Source: Bacteroidota bacterium (GTDB taxonomy: Bacteria; Bacteroidota; Ignavibacteria; Kryptoniales; JAKASW01). Taken from it: a DNA stretch of 64,000 nucleotides. Under the pieces are notes generated by a model, which saw nothing but the letters and a program-made list of their open reading frames with translations, ran no database searches and was not told the DNA's origin. Shown here piece by piece: positions 1 to 8,789 of this stretch (position 1 is the first letter of the stretch; each line of letters starts with the position of its first letter). A program made the translations under genes and the position numbers. The DNA lies in the NCBI GenBank assembly GCA_021825585.1, contig JAKAGT010000005.1, positions 31,265 to 95,264 on the forward strand. The letters are read 5' to 3'.

Positions 1-790
1 ATCTCCATGTCACCATCCGGTTGTCGGCCGGAGTGAGCTTGCGGTTTGAGAAGTCCGCAATGTGAAAAGTCTCTTCATGAGATTCGGACTCTTTCAGCCT
101 TTCGATCACGCTGTCGGGCAGGACATCTTCGGGGTTCATGAGTTCGCCCGTATGTCCGATGATGAATTTTCTTGGCAGGGTGATGTTCACGTCAAAGGTA
201 CCGTAGTCGTCGTAGAATTCGCCGCGGTCCATATACTGGTCGGTATCCCAGCCGTACCTGTCATAGACTGCAACTTGAGGATACCACTGTGCAATATCAT
301 AATCCTCACCGACATAGCCGGCACGGTCACTCCCCTTTGGTACTTTTCCGATCCACGTGATGTAGAAAGTCACTGCCGAATTGCTTACAAGTGGACTCGG
401 GAGATAGACTTCTGCGAGAGTGTTATCGACATTGAATTTTAGAGGAACTTTCGTCCCGTTTATCAGCAAGGAACACTCGTTCATTGTCATGTCGCCCGTC
501 GTGAGGAGGCCGAACCTCCGCTGCCGCATTGCCTGCTTATATCCGTAACTGCTCCTGTTGAAGAGGTTCCAGTACAGCCTGATGTATATCTTGTGCAGAT
601 TGTCCGGAGAGTTGTTCTTGTAGTAAAGTGTTTCACTGCCGATGATCGTGTGAATGCTGTCGAGAAGGGTCGCGTTGATCGTATAGTGAACGTATTGCTG
701 CCAGTACCCGTGATCACCGGTATGACTTCCGGCTGCGTAGGAGACGTTTATAATGAACAACAATGACAGAACGGTAAACAAACGACTCAT
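1..790 (-). CDS. M1-family metallo-aminopeptidase, N-terminal part (runs off the window start)
   Basis: Not in the ORF track; translated by hand from ATG 790: MSRLFTVLSLLFIINVSYAA (signal peptide)...YWQQYVHYTINATL...YKNNSPD...IAQWYPQVAVYDRYGWDTDQY...GEFYDDYGTFDVNIT. These motifs are typical of FCB-group M1 peptidases. Catalytic HEXXH lies outside the window. Confidence 0.85.
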   Translation of the reverse strand, partial: MSRLFTVLSLLFIINVSYAAGSHTGDHGYWQQYVHYTINATLLDSIHTIIGSETLYYKNNSPDNLHKIYIRLYWNLFNRSSYGYKQAMRQRRFGLLTTGDMTMNECSLLINGTKVPLKFNVDNTLAEVYLPSPLVSNSAVTFYITWIGKVPKGSDRAGYVGEDYDIAQWYPQVAVYDRYGWDTDQYMDRGEFYDDYGTFDVNITLPRKFIIGHTGELMNPEDVLPDSVIERLKESESHEETFHIADFSNRKLTPADNRMVTWR

Positions 791-828
791 TATTGGTTCC
801 TTCAGAAAATTACAACGACGAGAAGATT

Positions 829-1056
829 CTAATGCTTCGTGCTTCTCCCAAGGTAGGAAGATGCCAGGAAGGCGGAGGCGATTAAGATCATAAGTATCCC
901 CCAGATAATATTCACGTTGACGTTGAACGACTTAGTGTAGACGGAGGCCGGCCCCAGCAAACCGTAGAGGAGCAGAAGTACTCCGTAGAAGCCCAACAGG
1001 CTCCCCAGCGGAATCTTTAAATCGAAGAGATGCTTGCGTCCTTGAGACGATTCCAT
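829..1056 (-). CDS. Small two-TM membrane protein, probable accessory subunit of the SSS transporter
   Basis: 75 aa with two hydrophobic segments (FDLKIPLGSLLGFYGVLLLLYGL; NVNIIWGILMILIA), 16 bp downstream of the SSS gene, SD AGGAGG. Confidence 0.75.
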   Translation of the reverse strand: MESSQGRKHLFDLKIPLGSLLGFYGVLLLLYGLLGPASVYTKSFNVNVNIIWGILMILIASAFLASSYLGRSTKH

Positions 1057-1072
1057 TTCCGTCCTCCTTTTC

Positions 1073-2716
1073 TTACCAGAAGATGATATTCAGAGCGACC
1101 ATCATGACGAGCGATACAACTGCCCAAAATTCAGGCTTCCGGAATAAGGTCGAGCCGGAGTGGGGCCTTGGCGTCAGCCCGTAGACCAGCCCGGCCAGTG
1201 CCGACTCCTCTTTCTTTGCGGTGAAGAGGCTGACGACAATTGTGACGACGAAGTCGGCGCACCATGCCCACCATGCCTGGTAAAAGTTTGCCGCCATCTC
1301 GCTGGGATAGTGAACAATCCCGGGCCGATAGAGCACGAAGTAATGAAACGCGGCGGCGAGTATCCCGCTCAGCAGTCCGAAGAATCCGCCCCAGGGCGTC
1401 GCCTTTTTCCAGAACATGCCCAGAAGAAAGGTGGCAAACAGCGGAGCATTGAAGAATGTGAAGATCAGTTGCATGTAGTCCATGAGGTTCGGGAATGACT
1501 GCACGATGTAAGCCGTGCCCACGCTAAAGAGCACTCCGAAGATGGTCGCATATTTGCCCATCTTCAGATAATGCTGGTCGGGCATATTCTTCTTTATATA
1601 GCTTCCGTAAATGTCGTAGGTCCAGACGGTGTTGAATGCTGTCACATTCCCTGCCATGCCTGACATGAAGCTGGCAAGAAGCCCCGTAATAGCGAGCCCG
1701 AGGATACCGTTGGGCAAATAGTGCGCGAACATCAGGATGAGCGCAGAGTTGTAATCGGGAGTAGCCCCTCCCTGTGCGACAGCTCCCGATGCGATTTTGA
1801 ACTGAGGCAGCAGAGCCACAGCAAGGAGACCGGGAATCACGACTATTATGGGAACCAGCATCTTAGGAAACGAGGCTACCAGCGGTGTCCGCCTCGCGGC
1901 AGCCAGGTCCTCGGATGCCATCGCCCTTTGCACGACGAGGAAGTCTGTGGTCCAATAGCCGAACGAAAGTACGAAACCGAGTCCGAGTACGACTCCGATC
2001 CAGTCTACTCCCATCGGGTTGTTTGCGGCAGAACTCATCGGCTGCCAGGCATGCATGAATGAAGCCGGGATACGGCGCACCAGCCCCTCGAAACCGCCGA
2101 CCGCATGGAGGCCTATGTAAACCACCGGCAAAAGGCCGAGCCATATCAGGAAAAACTGTATCACCTCATTGTAGATGGAGGATGAGAGTCCGCCGAAGAA
2201 GACATAGATCAGTACGACAATTGCCGAGAGGAGGATGCTCGATGTTAAAGACCATCCGAGCATGAGCTCGAAGAGGAGAGCCATCGCATACATGCTGATT
2301 CCGCTCATGAGGAGGGTCATTATTGCAAAAGAAAGCGCGTTCAACCCGCGGGTCGCTTCGTTGTATCTCAACTTCAGGTATTCCGGCACGCTTCTCACCC
2401 TGCTGCTGTAATAAAACGGCATCATGAAGATGCCGAGGAATATCATTGCCGGAATGGCGCCGATCCAGTAGAAGTGGACGGTCAGGATCCCGTATTTTGC
2501 CGAGTTGGCAACCATGCCGATGACCTCCAACGCGCCGAGGTTGGCGGACAAAAATGCCAAACTTGTTATCCAGCTCGGAAGAGATCGCCCCGAGAGAAAA
2601 AAATCTTCGCTCGTCTTCATGTATTTCTTCAAGGCATAGCCAACGACAATAGTTATTATGACATAGGCAGCCAAAATCGTGTAATCGATAAAATTCATCG
2701 AGATGACCGGCGTCAT
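1073..2716 (-). CDS. Sodium:solute symporter (SSS) family, sugar-type
   Basis: 547 aa, many TM helices; SEDFFLSGRSLP, SANLGALEVIGM, VPEYLKLRY, VQRAMA motifs. Confidence 0.93.
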   Translation of the reverse strand: MTPVISMNFIDYTILAAYVIITIVVGYALKKYMKTSEDFFLSGRSLPSWITSLAFLSANLGALEVIGMVANSAKYGILTVHFYWIGAIPAMIFLGIFMMPFYYSSRVRSVPEYLKLRYNEATRGLNALSFAIMTLLMSGISMYAMALLFELMLGWSLTSSILLSAIVVLIYVFFGGLSSSIYNEVIQFFLIWLGLLPVVYIGLHAVGGFEGLVRRIPASFMHAWQPMSSAANNPMGVDWIGVVLGLGFVLSFGYWTTDFLVVQRAMASEDLAAARRTPLVASFPKMLVPIIVVIPGLLAVALLPQFKIASGAVAQGGATPDYNSALILMFAHYLPNGILGLAITGLLASFMSGMAGNVTAFNTVWTYDIYGSYIKKNMPDQHYLKMGKYATIFGVLFSVGTAYIVQSFPNLMDYMQLIFTFFNAPLFATFLLGMFWKKATPWGGFFGLLSGILAAAFHYFVLYRPGIVHYPSEMAANFYQAWWAWCADFVVTIVVSLFTAKKEESALAGLVYGLTPRPHSGSTLFRKPEFWAVVSLVMMVALNIIFW

Positions 2717-2844
2717 ATTACCTCCAGTGTGTTGGAAAGAGTGTCTGCGGGGTTTCTATGAGTGCGAGCGCAACCTCGTCATGCGTACTTGTGAAAACGA
2801 ACGTCATCGATACCTTGCGGAAAACGGATGTATCATTTGCCGTA

Positions 2845-2872
2845 AATATAATACCTCAAAATAAAGTGTCAA
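2845..2872 (-). promoter_or_regulatory. Putative sigma70 promoter for the SSS operon
   Basis: TTGACA-N16-TATATT on the minus strand, about 130 nt upstream of ATG 2716. Confidence 0.55.
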
Positions 2873-2898
2873 ATTCTCGGCGGGCAACTGGATTGGTT

Positions 2899-2927
2899 TT
2901 GAGTACACCGTGAAAGCGTGCTATATT
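2899..2927 (+). promoter_or_regulatory. Putative sigma70 promoter for lptFG (leaderless-type)
   Basis: TTGAGT-N17-TATATT ending 5 nt before the in-frame GTG at 2933. Confidence 0.55.
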
Positions 2928-2932
2928 TCAGG

Positions 2933-4324
2933 GTGAGGCTGTCACTCTACATACTGAAGCGCCACATCGGTCCATTTATCTTCTCGATGATTACAATCAC
3001 GTTCATCTTCCTTCTGCAATTCCTTATGCAGTCGATGGACCAGATTGTGGGCAAGGGGCTCAGCTTGGGGGTGATAGTCCAGCTTATCGTATTCAATCTG
3101 GCATGGATTATCGTGCTTGCCGTTCCGATGTCTGTGTTGGTGGCAGTGCTCATGGCTTTCGGGGGGCTGTCTTCATACAATGAGGTAACGGCGATAAAAG
3201 GTTCAGGGATCAGCCTGATAAGAATGATGCTTCCGGTTCTTGTAGCATCAGTCGGGGTCTTCTACCTTCTCGTTCTTTTCGATAACGATGTCCTTCCCGA
3301 TGCCAATCACAGAGCCAAGACGATAATGATAGACATACGCCGAAAGAAGCCGACATTCACATTAGAGCCCGGACAATTTTCTCAGGAGATCCAGGGCCAT
3401 GCCATCCTTGTCAGGAAGACCGTGCCGAACTCAACCGAACTGTATGGGGTGACAATCTTCGACTTTTCGGATCCGCAGAAGCTCACGACCATTACAGCCG
3501 AACGAGGAAAGGTCGGATTCTCGCGTGACATGAAACACTTGGTAATGCTTCTTTACGACGGCGAAGTGGATCAATACAACAACAGCCAGCCAAGCGTCTA
3601 CCAGAGGATGAGGTTTAAACACCAGCAGATCATCCTCAGTGCGGAGGGGTTCTCGTTTGAGGAGTCATCCCAAAGCGCTTTCTCGCGAGGCGACCGGGAG
3701 CTGAGCGCAGACTCGATGAGAAACATCGTAAAGAACCTTTTGAAAACGGAGAAGATTTTTCAGACTCAATTGAACGGTTACATGAACAACAATGTGAGGA
3801 ACCTCATTTCACCGTCTCCTAACCGTTTCTTGATTTCTGCGACCGGTGACTCGACACGAATTTTCGAACAGGCGAGCGCCAATGTTTCATCCGCTCTGGG
3901 AATCGCAAAGGGGATACTTGCGAGCATGAATACCACTGAGCGCGAGATATACGCTTACCGTGTAGAGATCGAAAAGAAGTACTCAATTCCATTCGCAGCG
4001 ATAGTTTTCGTGTTCCTGGGCGCTCCGTTAGGAATGATGGCGCGGCGCGGTAATTTCGGAGTATCGGCGGGTTTAAGCCTCTTCTTTTTCCTTATTTATT
4101 GGGCTTTCCTCATTGCCGGCGAGAAACTGGCGGACCGGGAGCTGTTGAGCCCGTTCATGGCCATGTGGCTCGCAAATATCGTCCTTGGTGGATTGGGACT
4201 CATTCTGACATATAAGACTTCCAAAGAGGCGGTAATCATAGAGTGGGGTAATTTCATGAGATTATTGCCAAAACGGTGGATATCCGAAGAGACCAGGGAC
4301 GAAATATCGAGGCGGGAACGCTGA
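2933..4324 (+). CDS. lptF: LPS export ABC transporter permease LptF
   Basis: YjgP/YjgQ architecture: LSSYNEVTAIKGSGIS, periplasmic beta region, EKKYSIPFA, FLGAPLG. The ORF track starts at 2918; GTG 2933 (MRLSLYILKRH) is preferred. Confidence 0.9.
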   Translation: MRLSLYILKRHIGPFIFSMITITFIFLLQFLMQSMDQIVGKGLSLGVIVQLIVFNLAWIIVLAVPMSVLVAVLMAFGGLSSYNEVTAIKGSGISLIRMMLPVLVASVGVFYLLVLFDNDVLPDANHRAKTIMIDIRRKKPTFTLEPGQFSQEIQGHAILVRKTVPNSTELYGVTIFDFSDPQKLTTITAERGKVGFSRDMKHLVMLLYDGEVDQYNNSQPSVYQRMRFKHQQIILSAEGFSFEESSQSAFSRGDRELSADSMRNIVKNLLKTEKIFQTQLNGYMNNNVRNLISPSPNRFLISATGDSTRIFEQASANVSSALGIAKGILASMNTTEREIYAYRVEIEKKYSIPFAAIVFVFLGAPLGMMARRGNFGVSAGLSLFFFLIYWAFLIAGEKLADRELLSPFMAMWLANIVLGGLGLILTYKTSKEAVIIEWGNFMRLLPKRWISEETRDEISRRER

Positions 4325-5406
4325 AGAAGCTCGATCTTTACATAATTAAACAGTTTGTAAGCGCAATTTTATTTGCGCTCCTGGTGTTTGCCGCCATCTT
4401 CATTCTCGTGGACATCATGGAGCACCTCAGCGACTTTCTTGATCACGGCGTGGGCCTCTTTCTGATTGCCAGGTACTACCTGGTTTTCACACCCGAGATA
4501 CTGAAGCTTATTACTCCGGTTGCCGTGCTCCTTGCCAGTCTTTTTACAGCCGGAAGAATGTCCAATCAAAACGAGATAATAATCGTAAAATCCTCAGGTA
4601 TAAACATTTACAGGCTGCTTCTGCCTTTTTTGCTGGTGTCTACGGTCATCTGTGGAGTCATGATCTACTTCAACGAGTGGATTGTGCCGATGGCGAATCA
4701 TGAAAAATTCAGGATTGAAAAAGTGTATCTGCAGGAGCACCGTGAGGGATGGTGGAAGTATAACATTTTCATGCTTGACGGGCCTGATCGTGTCGTCTCT
4801 ATCGGTTACTTCGACGACGTTACGAACACGGCGGTGAAAGTGTCGGTCCAGGACTTCGCGGATACGAATCGGACTTATCTGGTCAAGAGATATGATGCCC
4901 AGTCGATGACGTACCACCCGAAAGAACATGTATGGGTCCTTAAAGACGTCATCGAGAGGACCTTCGACGGCCCTAACCAGTCATACAAGGTCCTGCCTTC
5001 TCTCACGCTGAAAGAGATTACATTCAAGCCAGCAGACCTCGCGCAGAAGGAGCTCAACCCGAACGACATGAACTTCGATCAGCTCAAGCGGTTTATCGAG
5101 TTGCAGAAGAAGAGCGGAAATGATGTTGCCCGCTACGAGGTGGATTATTATTCCAAGGTTTCATTCCCTTTTGCTACCATCATAGTCGTTCTCTTCGGTG
5201 TACCTCTCTCGGCGCGCAAGAAAAGGAGCGGGCTTGCGCTTGAATTCGGGATTAGTATTCTGATTGCATTCATTTACCTGCTTGTCATCAAGATAAGCCA
5301 GGTTGTCGGCTATGATGGAATTGTCGATCCGTTACTGACAGCGTGGCTTGCAAACATCGTCTTTTTTGCCGCAGCATTGTACAATACAGCTAAGGTAGCA
5401 CGATAA
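4321..5406 (+). CDS. lptG: LPS export ABC transporter permease LptG
   Basis: KKLDLYIIKQF, NQNEIIIVKSSGIN, KVSFPFA, FGVPLS. Start is either CTG 4321 (CTGA overlap with the lptF stop) or GTG 4276. Confidence 0.9.
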   Translation: MKKLDLYIIKQFVSAILFALLVFAAIFILVDIMEHLSDFLDHGVGLFLIARYYLVFTPEILKLITPVAVLLASLFTAGRMSNQNEIIIVKSSGINIYRLLLPFLLVSTVICGVMIYFNEWIVPMANHEKFRIEKVYLQEHREGWWKYNIFMLDGPDRVVSIGYFDDVTNTAVKVSVQDFADTNRTYLVKRYDAQSMTYHPKEHVWVLKDVIERTFDGPNQSYKVLPSLTLKEITFKPADLAQKELNPNDMNFDQLKRFIELQKKSGNDVARYEVDYYSKVSFPFATIIVVLFGVPLSARKKRSGLALEFGISILIAFIYLLVIKISQVVGYDGIVDPLLTAWLANIVFFAAALYNTAKVAR

Positions 5407-5779
5407 AAATCTCAGGCCCTGATGGGTGGGGATATTCGCTCTGTAGTGATTGGCACGAGCCGACCGGATGAGAGGGAGATGTTCTTCATTTCTGTGAGGG
5501 ATTTTGGAGCGGAGAGCCTCCGGGATTAGGAACGTACCGAAACCCGAAAATAAGCTAGTGGTACTACGGCAGCCCTTCTTACCCTAATGCGATAGTAAAT
5601 TTATGGTACCCATGATAAAATAGCAAGCTTTAGAAAACTAAATTTTATCGACCACGAGGTGGCCCGCTTTTGAGAAATGACCAATGGCCGCATCCGCCAA
5701 AGGCCAATGCAGCTTCTCATCGAGCGATGAGTCCACGCTTCTCGCCGTGGACTTGTCGGAAATCCGGGATCAAGAAAGT

Positions 5780-7471
5780 TCAATATCCCTCAGCATCGCC
5801 CGGCCCGCGTGGGTCCGCAACACCTTCATAACCTTCGGGGGTCACAAGAATTGCCTGTACCTCGCCTATCGCCTCTCTGGGGACCAGCTTATATCCACGC
5901 GAGATCATGCTCTGCCTGACATCGTACACGAGTGCCCCCGGTTCATAGTAAACTACATCCGGCACCCACTGTTGATGAATTCTCGGTGCCATCTCGGCGC
6001 GGGCAAGCGGCATGTGGAAGTCTATTATGTTCAGCATTACCTCCAAAACGGCATTGATGATCGTAGTCCCTCCCGGCGATCCGAGTATCAAGTAAGGCTT
6101 GCCGTCCCTGAGGACCATCGTCGGCGTCATTGAACTGAGCATCCTCTTGCCAGGCTCTATCGAGTTTGCCTCGGCGCCGATAGCTCCGAACTGGTTCGGG
6201 GTTCCCGGCTTCGCACTGAAGTCGTCCATTTCGTTGTTGAGGAAAAACCCGGCACCATCCACTACTTCCATCGACCCGAAATAGCTGTTCAGCGTGGTCG
6301 TTACGCTGACTGCATTGCCTTCTTTGTCGATAATCGAGTAGTGTGTCGTATGCGTTCCCTCGTGCGGAGGATGAATAAGCTCCGGGTAAATATCGATGCT
6401 CGGTGTGGCGCTGAAGGGGTCGATTTCCCTTGCGATCGTGTCCGCGTATGCCTTGGAAAGAAGCCGCTTCAGTGGGACAGAAACGAATGAGACATCACCG
6501 AGGTACTTGTCGCGGTCTGCGAACGCATGTCTCATCGCCTCGATTTCGTAATGCAGAGTCTGCGAAGCGCCGTAGCCGTATCTCTGAAGATTGAAGTGTT
6601 CGAGAATGTTCAACATCTCTGCGAGACAGACTCCGCCCGAGCTTGATGGCGGCATGCTCATCACTTCGTAACCATGATATGATACCATTAGCGGCTCTTT
6701 CACTATGGCGTGGTAATCCTCTACATCTTCTGCAGTGATTACACCGCCGGTAGCCTGATCCTGTTTTGCGATCAACCCCGGAATTTCGCCTTTATAAAAT
6801 CCGTCCCGCCCTTCGTCTGCAATCTTAACGAGTACATTTGCGAGATCCTTCTGAACAAGCCTCTCCCCCTTGCTGTACAATTTACCGTTCCTGGAGAAGT
6901 ATTTCATGGTAGAAGGAAATTTCCCGAACTCTTTCTGCGCATGGTGAAATACCTCCTGGAGGTGTTCATCGACTATGAATCCATTTTCGGCGAGCTCAAT
7001 AGCCGGTTCCATCACTTTAGGTAGCGGGAGTCTCCCGAACCTTTTTTGTGCCGTCAGAAGGCCGTCAACATTTCCCGGCACGCCGACCGAGAGCCCTCCG
7101 AGGAGACTCTTTCCGGGGATGACATTGCCGGCTTTATCGAGATACATGTTCCGGGATGCAGCTGCAGGCGCAGTTTCCCTCGCGTCTATGGCGTAGTTCT
7201 TCCCATCTTTGAGATGAATTATGTAATAGCCCCCGCCGCCCAGGTTGCCTGCCTGAGGGTACACTACGGCAAGCGTGAATCCGACTGCCACAGCGGCATC
7301 GACCGCATTACCGCCTTCCTTCAATATCTTCACGCCGACTGCGGTGGCTATCGAATCCGAAGTCGACACCATTCCGTGAGTTCCGAACGCCGGCTTCAAT
7401 ACAGAAATTTGTGAGAAGGAAGTCCCGACGGAGAGAATTAGTATCAGTGAGGCTTTGGCAAATGCTCGCAT
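5780..7471 (-). CDS. ggt: Gamma-glutamyltransferase
   Basis: Signal peptide, GGNAVDAA, DARETAP, autocleavage site THTTHYS, NNEMDDF, LSSMTP, GSPGG. Confidence 0.97.
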   Translation of the reverse strand: MRAFAKASLILILSVGTSFSQISVLKPAFGTHGMVSTSDSIATAVGVKILKEGGNAVDAAVAVGFTLAVVYPQAGNLGGGGYYIIHLKDGKNYAIDARETAPAAASRNMYLDKAGNVIPGKSLLGGLSVGVPGNVDGLLTAQKRFGRLPLPKVMEPAIELAENGFIVDEHLQEVFHHAQKEFGKFPSTMKYFSRNGKLYSKGERLVQKDLANVLVKIADEGRDGFYKGEIPGLIAKQDQATGGVITAEDVEDYHAIVKEPLMVSYHGYEVMSMPPSSSGGVCLAEMLNILEHFNLQRYGYGASQTLHYEIEAMRHAFADRDKYLGDVSFVSVPLKRLLSKAYADTIAREIDPFSATPSIDIYPELIHPPHEGTHTTHYSIIDKEGNAVSVTTTLNSYFGSMEVVDGAGFFLNNEMDDFSAKPGTPNQFGAIGAEANSIEPGKRMLSSMTPTMVLRDGKPYLILGSPGGTTIINAVLEVMLNIIDFHMPLARAEMAPRIHQQWVPDVVYYEPGALVYDVRQSMISRGYKLVPREAIGEVQAILVTPEGYEGVADPRGPGDAEGY

Positions 7472-7670
7472 GGTGGTCCTTTCATTTCATCAAAGTGCAA
7501 TAATATAGCGAATTGCTTTTGCATGAAAAACAATCGGACGATCAGCTGGCTTTCAGTCGGATTAAGAGGCCTCTTCGGATTAATTGCCGCAGCGAATGGT
7601 GTTTTTCGACGCCGCATTTTTGGGGCTGCCCGCGGCTCCTGCAACTGACCGAAAATAGAGGCGCTGAAGT

Positions 7671-8684
7671 TTAATCGCCCCCTTTTCGCAGGAACTCCTC
7701 CGCTTTTCGCACGTCTTCTTCGGATCCGATGAAGAGAGGGGTTTTCTGGTGCAGAGAAGAAGGCACAAGATCGAGAATTCTTCTCGATCCGTCGCTTGCT
7801 CTGCCGCCTGCGTGTTCAATGATGAAAGCGAGGGGAGAAGCCTCGTACAAGATTCGTAATTTGCCGTAAGGGTGCGTGGCGTCTGATGGATACATGAATA
7901 TACCGCCGTAGAGCAGATTCCGATGGAAGTCTGCTACCAATGAGCCGATGTAACGGGAGCTATATGGACGTCCGGTCGGCTCATCGTCGCCCTTGAGAAA
8001 CTCGATGTAGTTTCGCATCCCTTCATTCCATTTCGAGGAATTTCCCTCGTTAACGCTGTATATCCTTCCCTGCCTTGGTGTGCGCATGTTTTCGTGAGAG
8101 AGGAGGAATTCTCCGACGGATGGATCGAGAGTGAAGCCATGCACACCGTTGCCGGTGCAATAAACGAAAATGGTACTGGAACCATAAATGGTGTAAGCGG
8201 CAGCAACCTGCTTGTATCCCGGCTGGAGGCAATCTTGAAGAGTCCCCGGCCCCGCAGGTGTAACACGCCGGTAAATCCCGAAAATACTTCCGATTGAAAC
8301 ATTTGCATCTATGTTGGATGAGCCGTCAAGCGGGTCGTAAACGAGGACGTATTTGCCGATCGGATAATTCGGAGGAATTGCGAGCAGTCCCTCGTTTTCT
8401 TCGGACGCCATCGCGCAGAGGTGTCCCCCGCGCTGCATCGCCTTGTAGATCGTCTCGTCGGCGAACTCATCGAGCTTCCTGACCTTATCGCCGCTGGAGT
8501 TTTCTTTTTGAGTTGTACCCAGGATGTCAAGCAATCCCGCCTTGCTTACTTCCCGCCATATGAGTTTCACAGCGATCGCAAGGTTGCTCAACAGTCCGCT
8601 GAAGTCCCCGGTAGCTCCAGGATGAGCGCGCTCGCCTTCTTCGATGTGATGTCCAAGAGTCATTAGCTGGATCGTGTCCGACAT
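7671..8684 (-). CDS. fbp: Class I fructose-1,6-bisphosphatase
   Basis: SEENE, YDPLDGSSNIDANVSIGSIF, RYIGSLVADFHRNLLYGGIF, KLRILYE. Confidence 0.97.
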   Translation of the reverse strand: MSDTIQLMTLGHHIEEGERAHPGATGDFSGLLSNLAIAVKLIWREVSKAGLLDILGTTQKENSSGDKVRKLDEFADETIYKAMQRGGHLCAMASEENEGLLAIPPNYPIGKYVLVYDPLDGSSNIDANVSIGSIFGIYRRVTPAGPGTLQDCLQPGYKQVAAAYTIYGSSTIFVYCTGNGVHGFTLDPSVGEFLLSHENMRTPRQGRIYSVNEGNSSKWNEGMRNYIEFLKGDDEPTGRPYSSRYIGSLVADFHRNLLYGGIFMYPSDATHPYGKLRILYEASPLAFIIEHAGGRASDGSRRILDLVPSSLHQKTPLFIGSEEDVRKAEEFLRKGGD

Positions 8685-8725
8685 GATACCTCCGTTAATT
8701 CTGTTAGCGCGGTAATCAGTTTATG

Positions 8726-8783
8726 CTGCCGGGCCGGGATCTACCGGCGCGGCAGAGAGACAACGGGCCGCATCGGATGCGGC
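8726..8783. repeat. Two tandem GC-rich inverted repeats between the ABC gene and fbp
   Basis: CTGCCG..GCCGG/CCGGC..CGGCAG at 8726-8755 and GCCGCATC-G-GATGCGGC at 8767-8783; no clear U-tract. Confidence 0.5.
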
Positions 8784-8789
8784 GATATG

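Noticed and set aside
310-345. Apparent frameshift in the M1 peptidase
   Set aside because: Careful re-reading (CCA AAG GGG AGT) keeps one open frame from 790 to the window start; the gene is missing from the ORF track only because it lacks a stop in the window.
3720-3960. About 80-aa helical insertion in LptF
   Set aside because: Real, but I recall long LptF proteins being usual in the FCB group; not treated as novel without an alignment.
5500-5535. GAGAGCCTCCGGGATTA resembling c-di-GMP-I riboswitch P2
   Set aside because: The GGCAAAC/GAAA P1 elements are missing and it lies between convergent genes.
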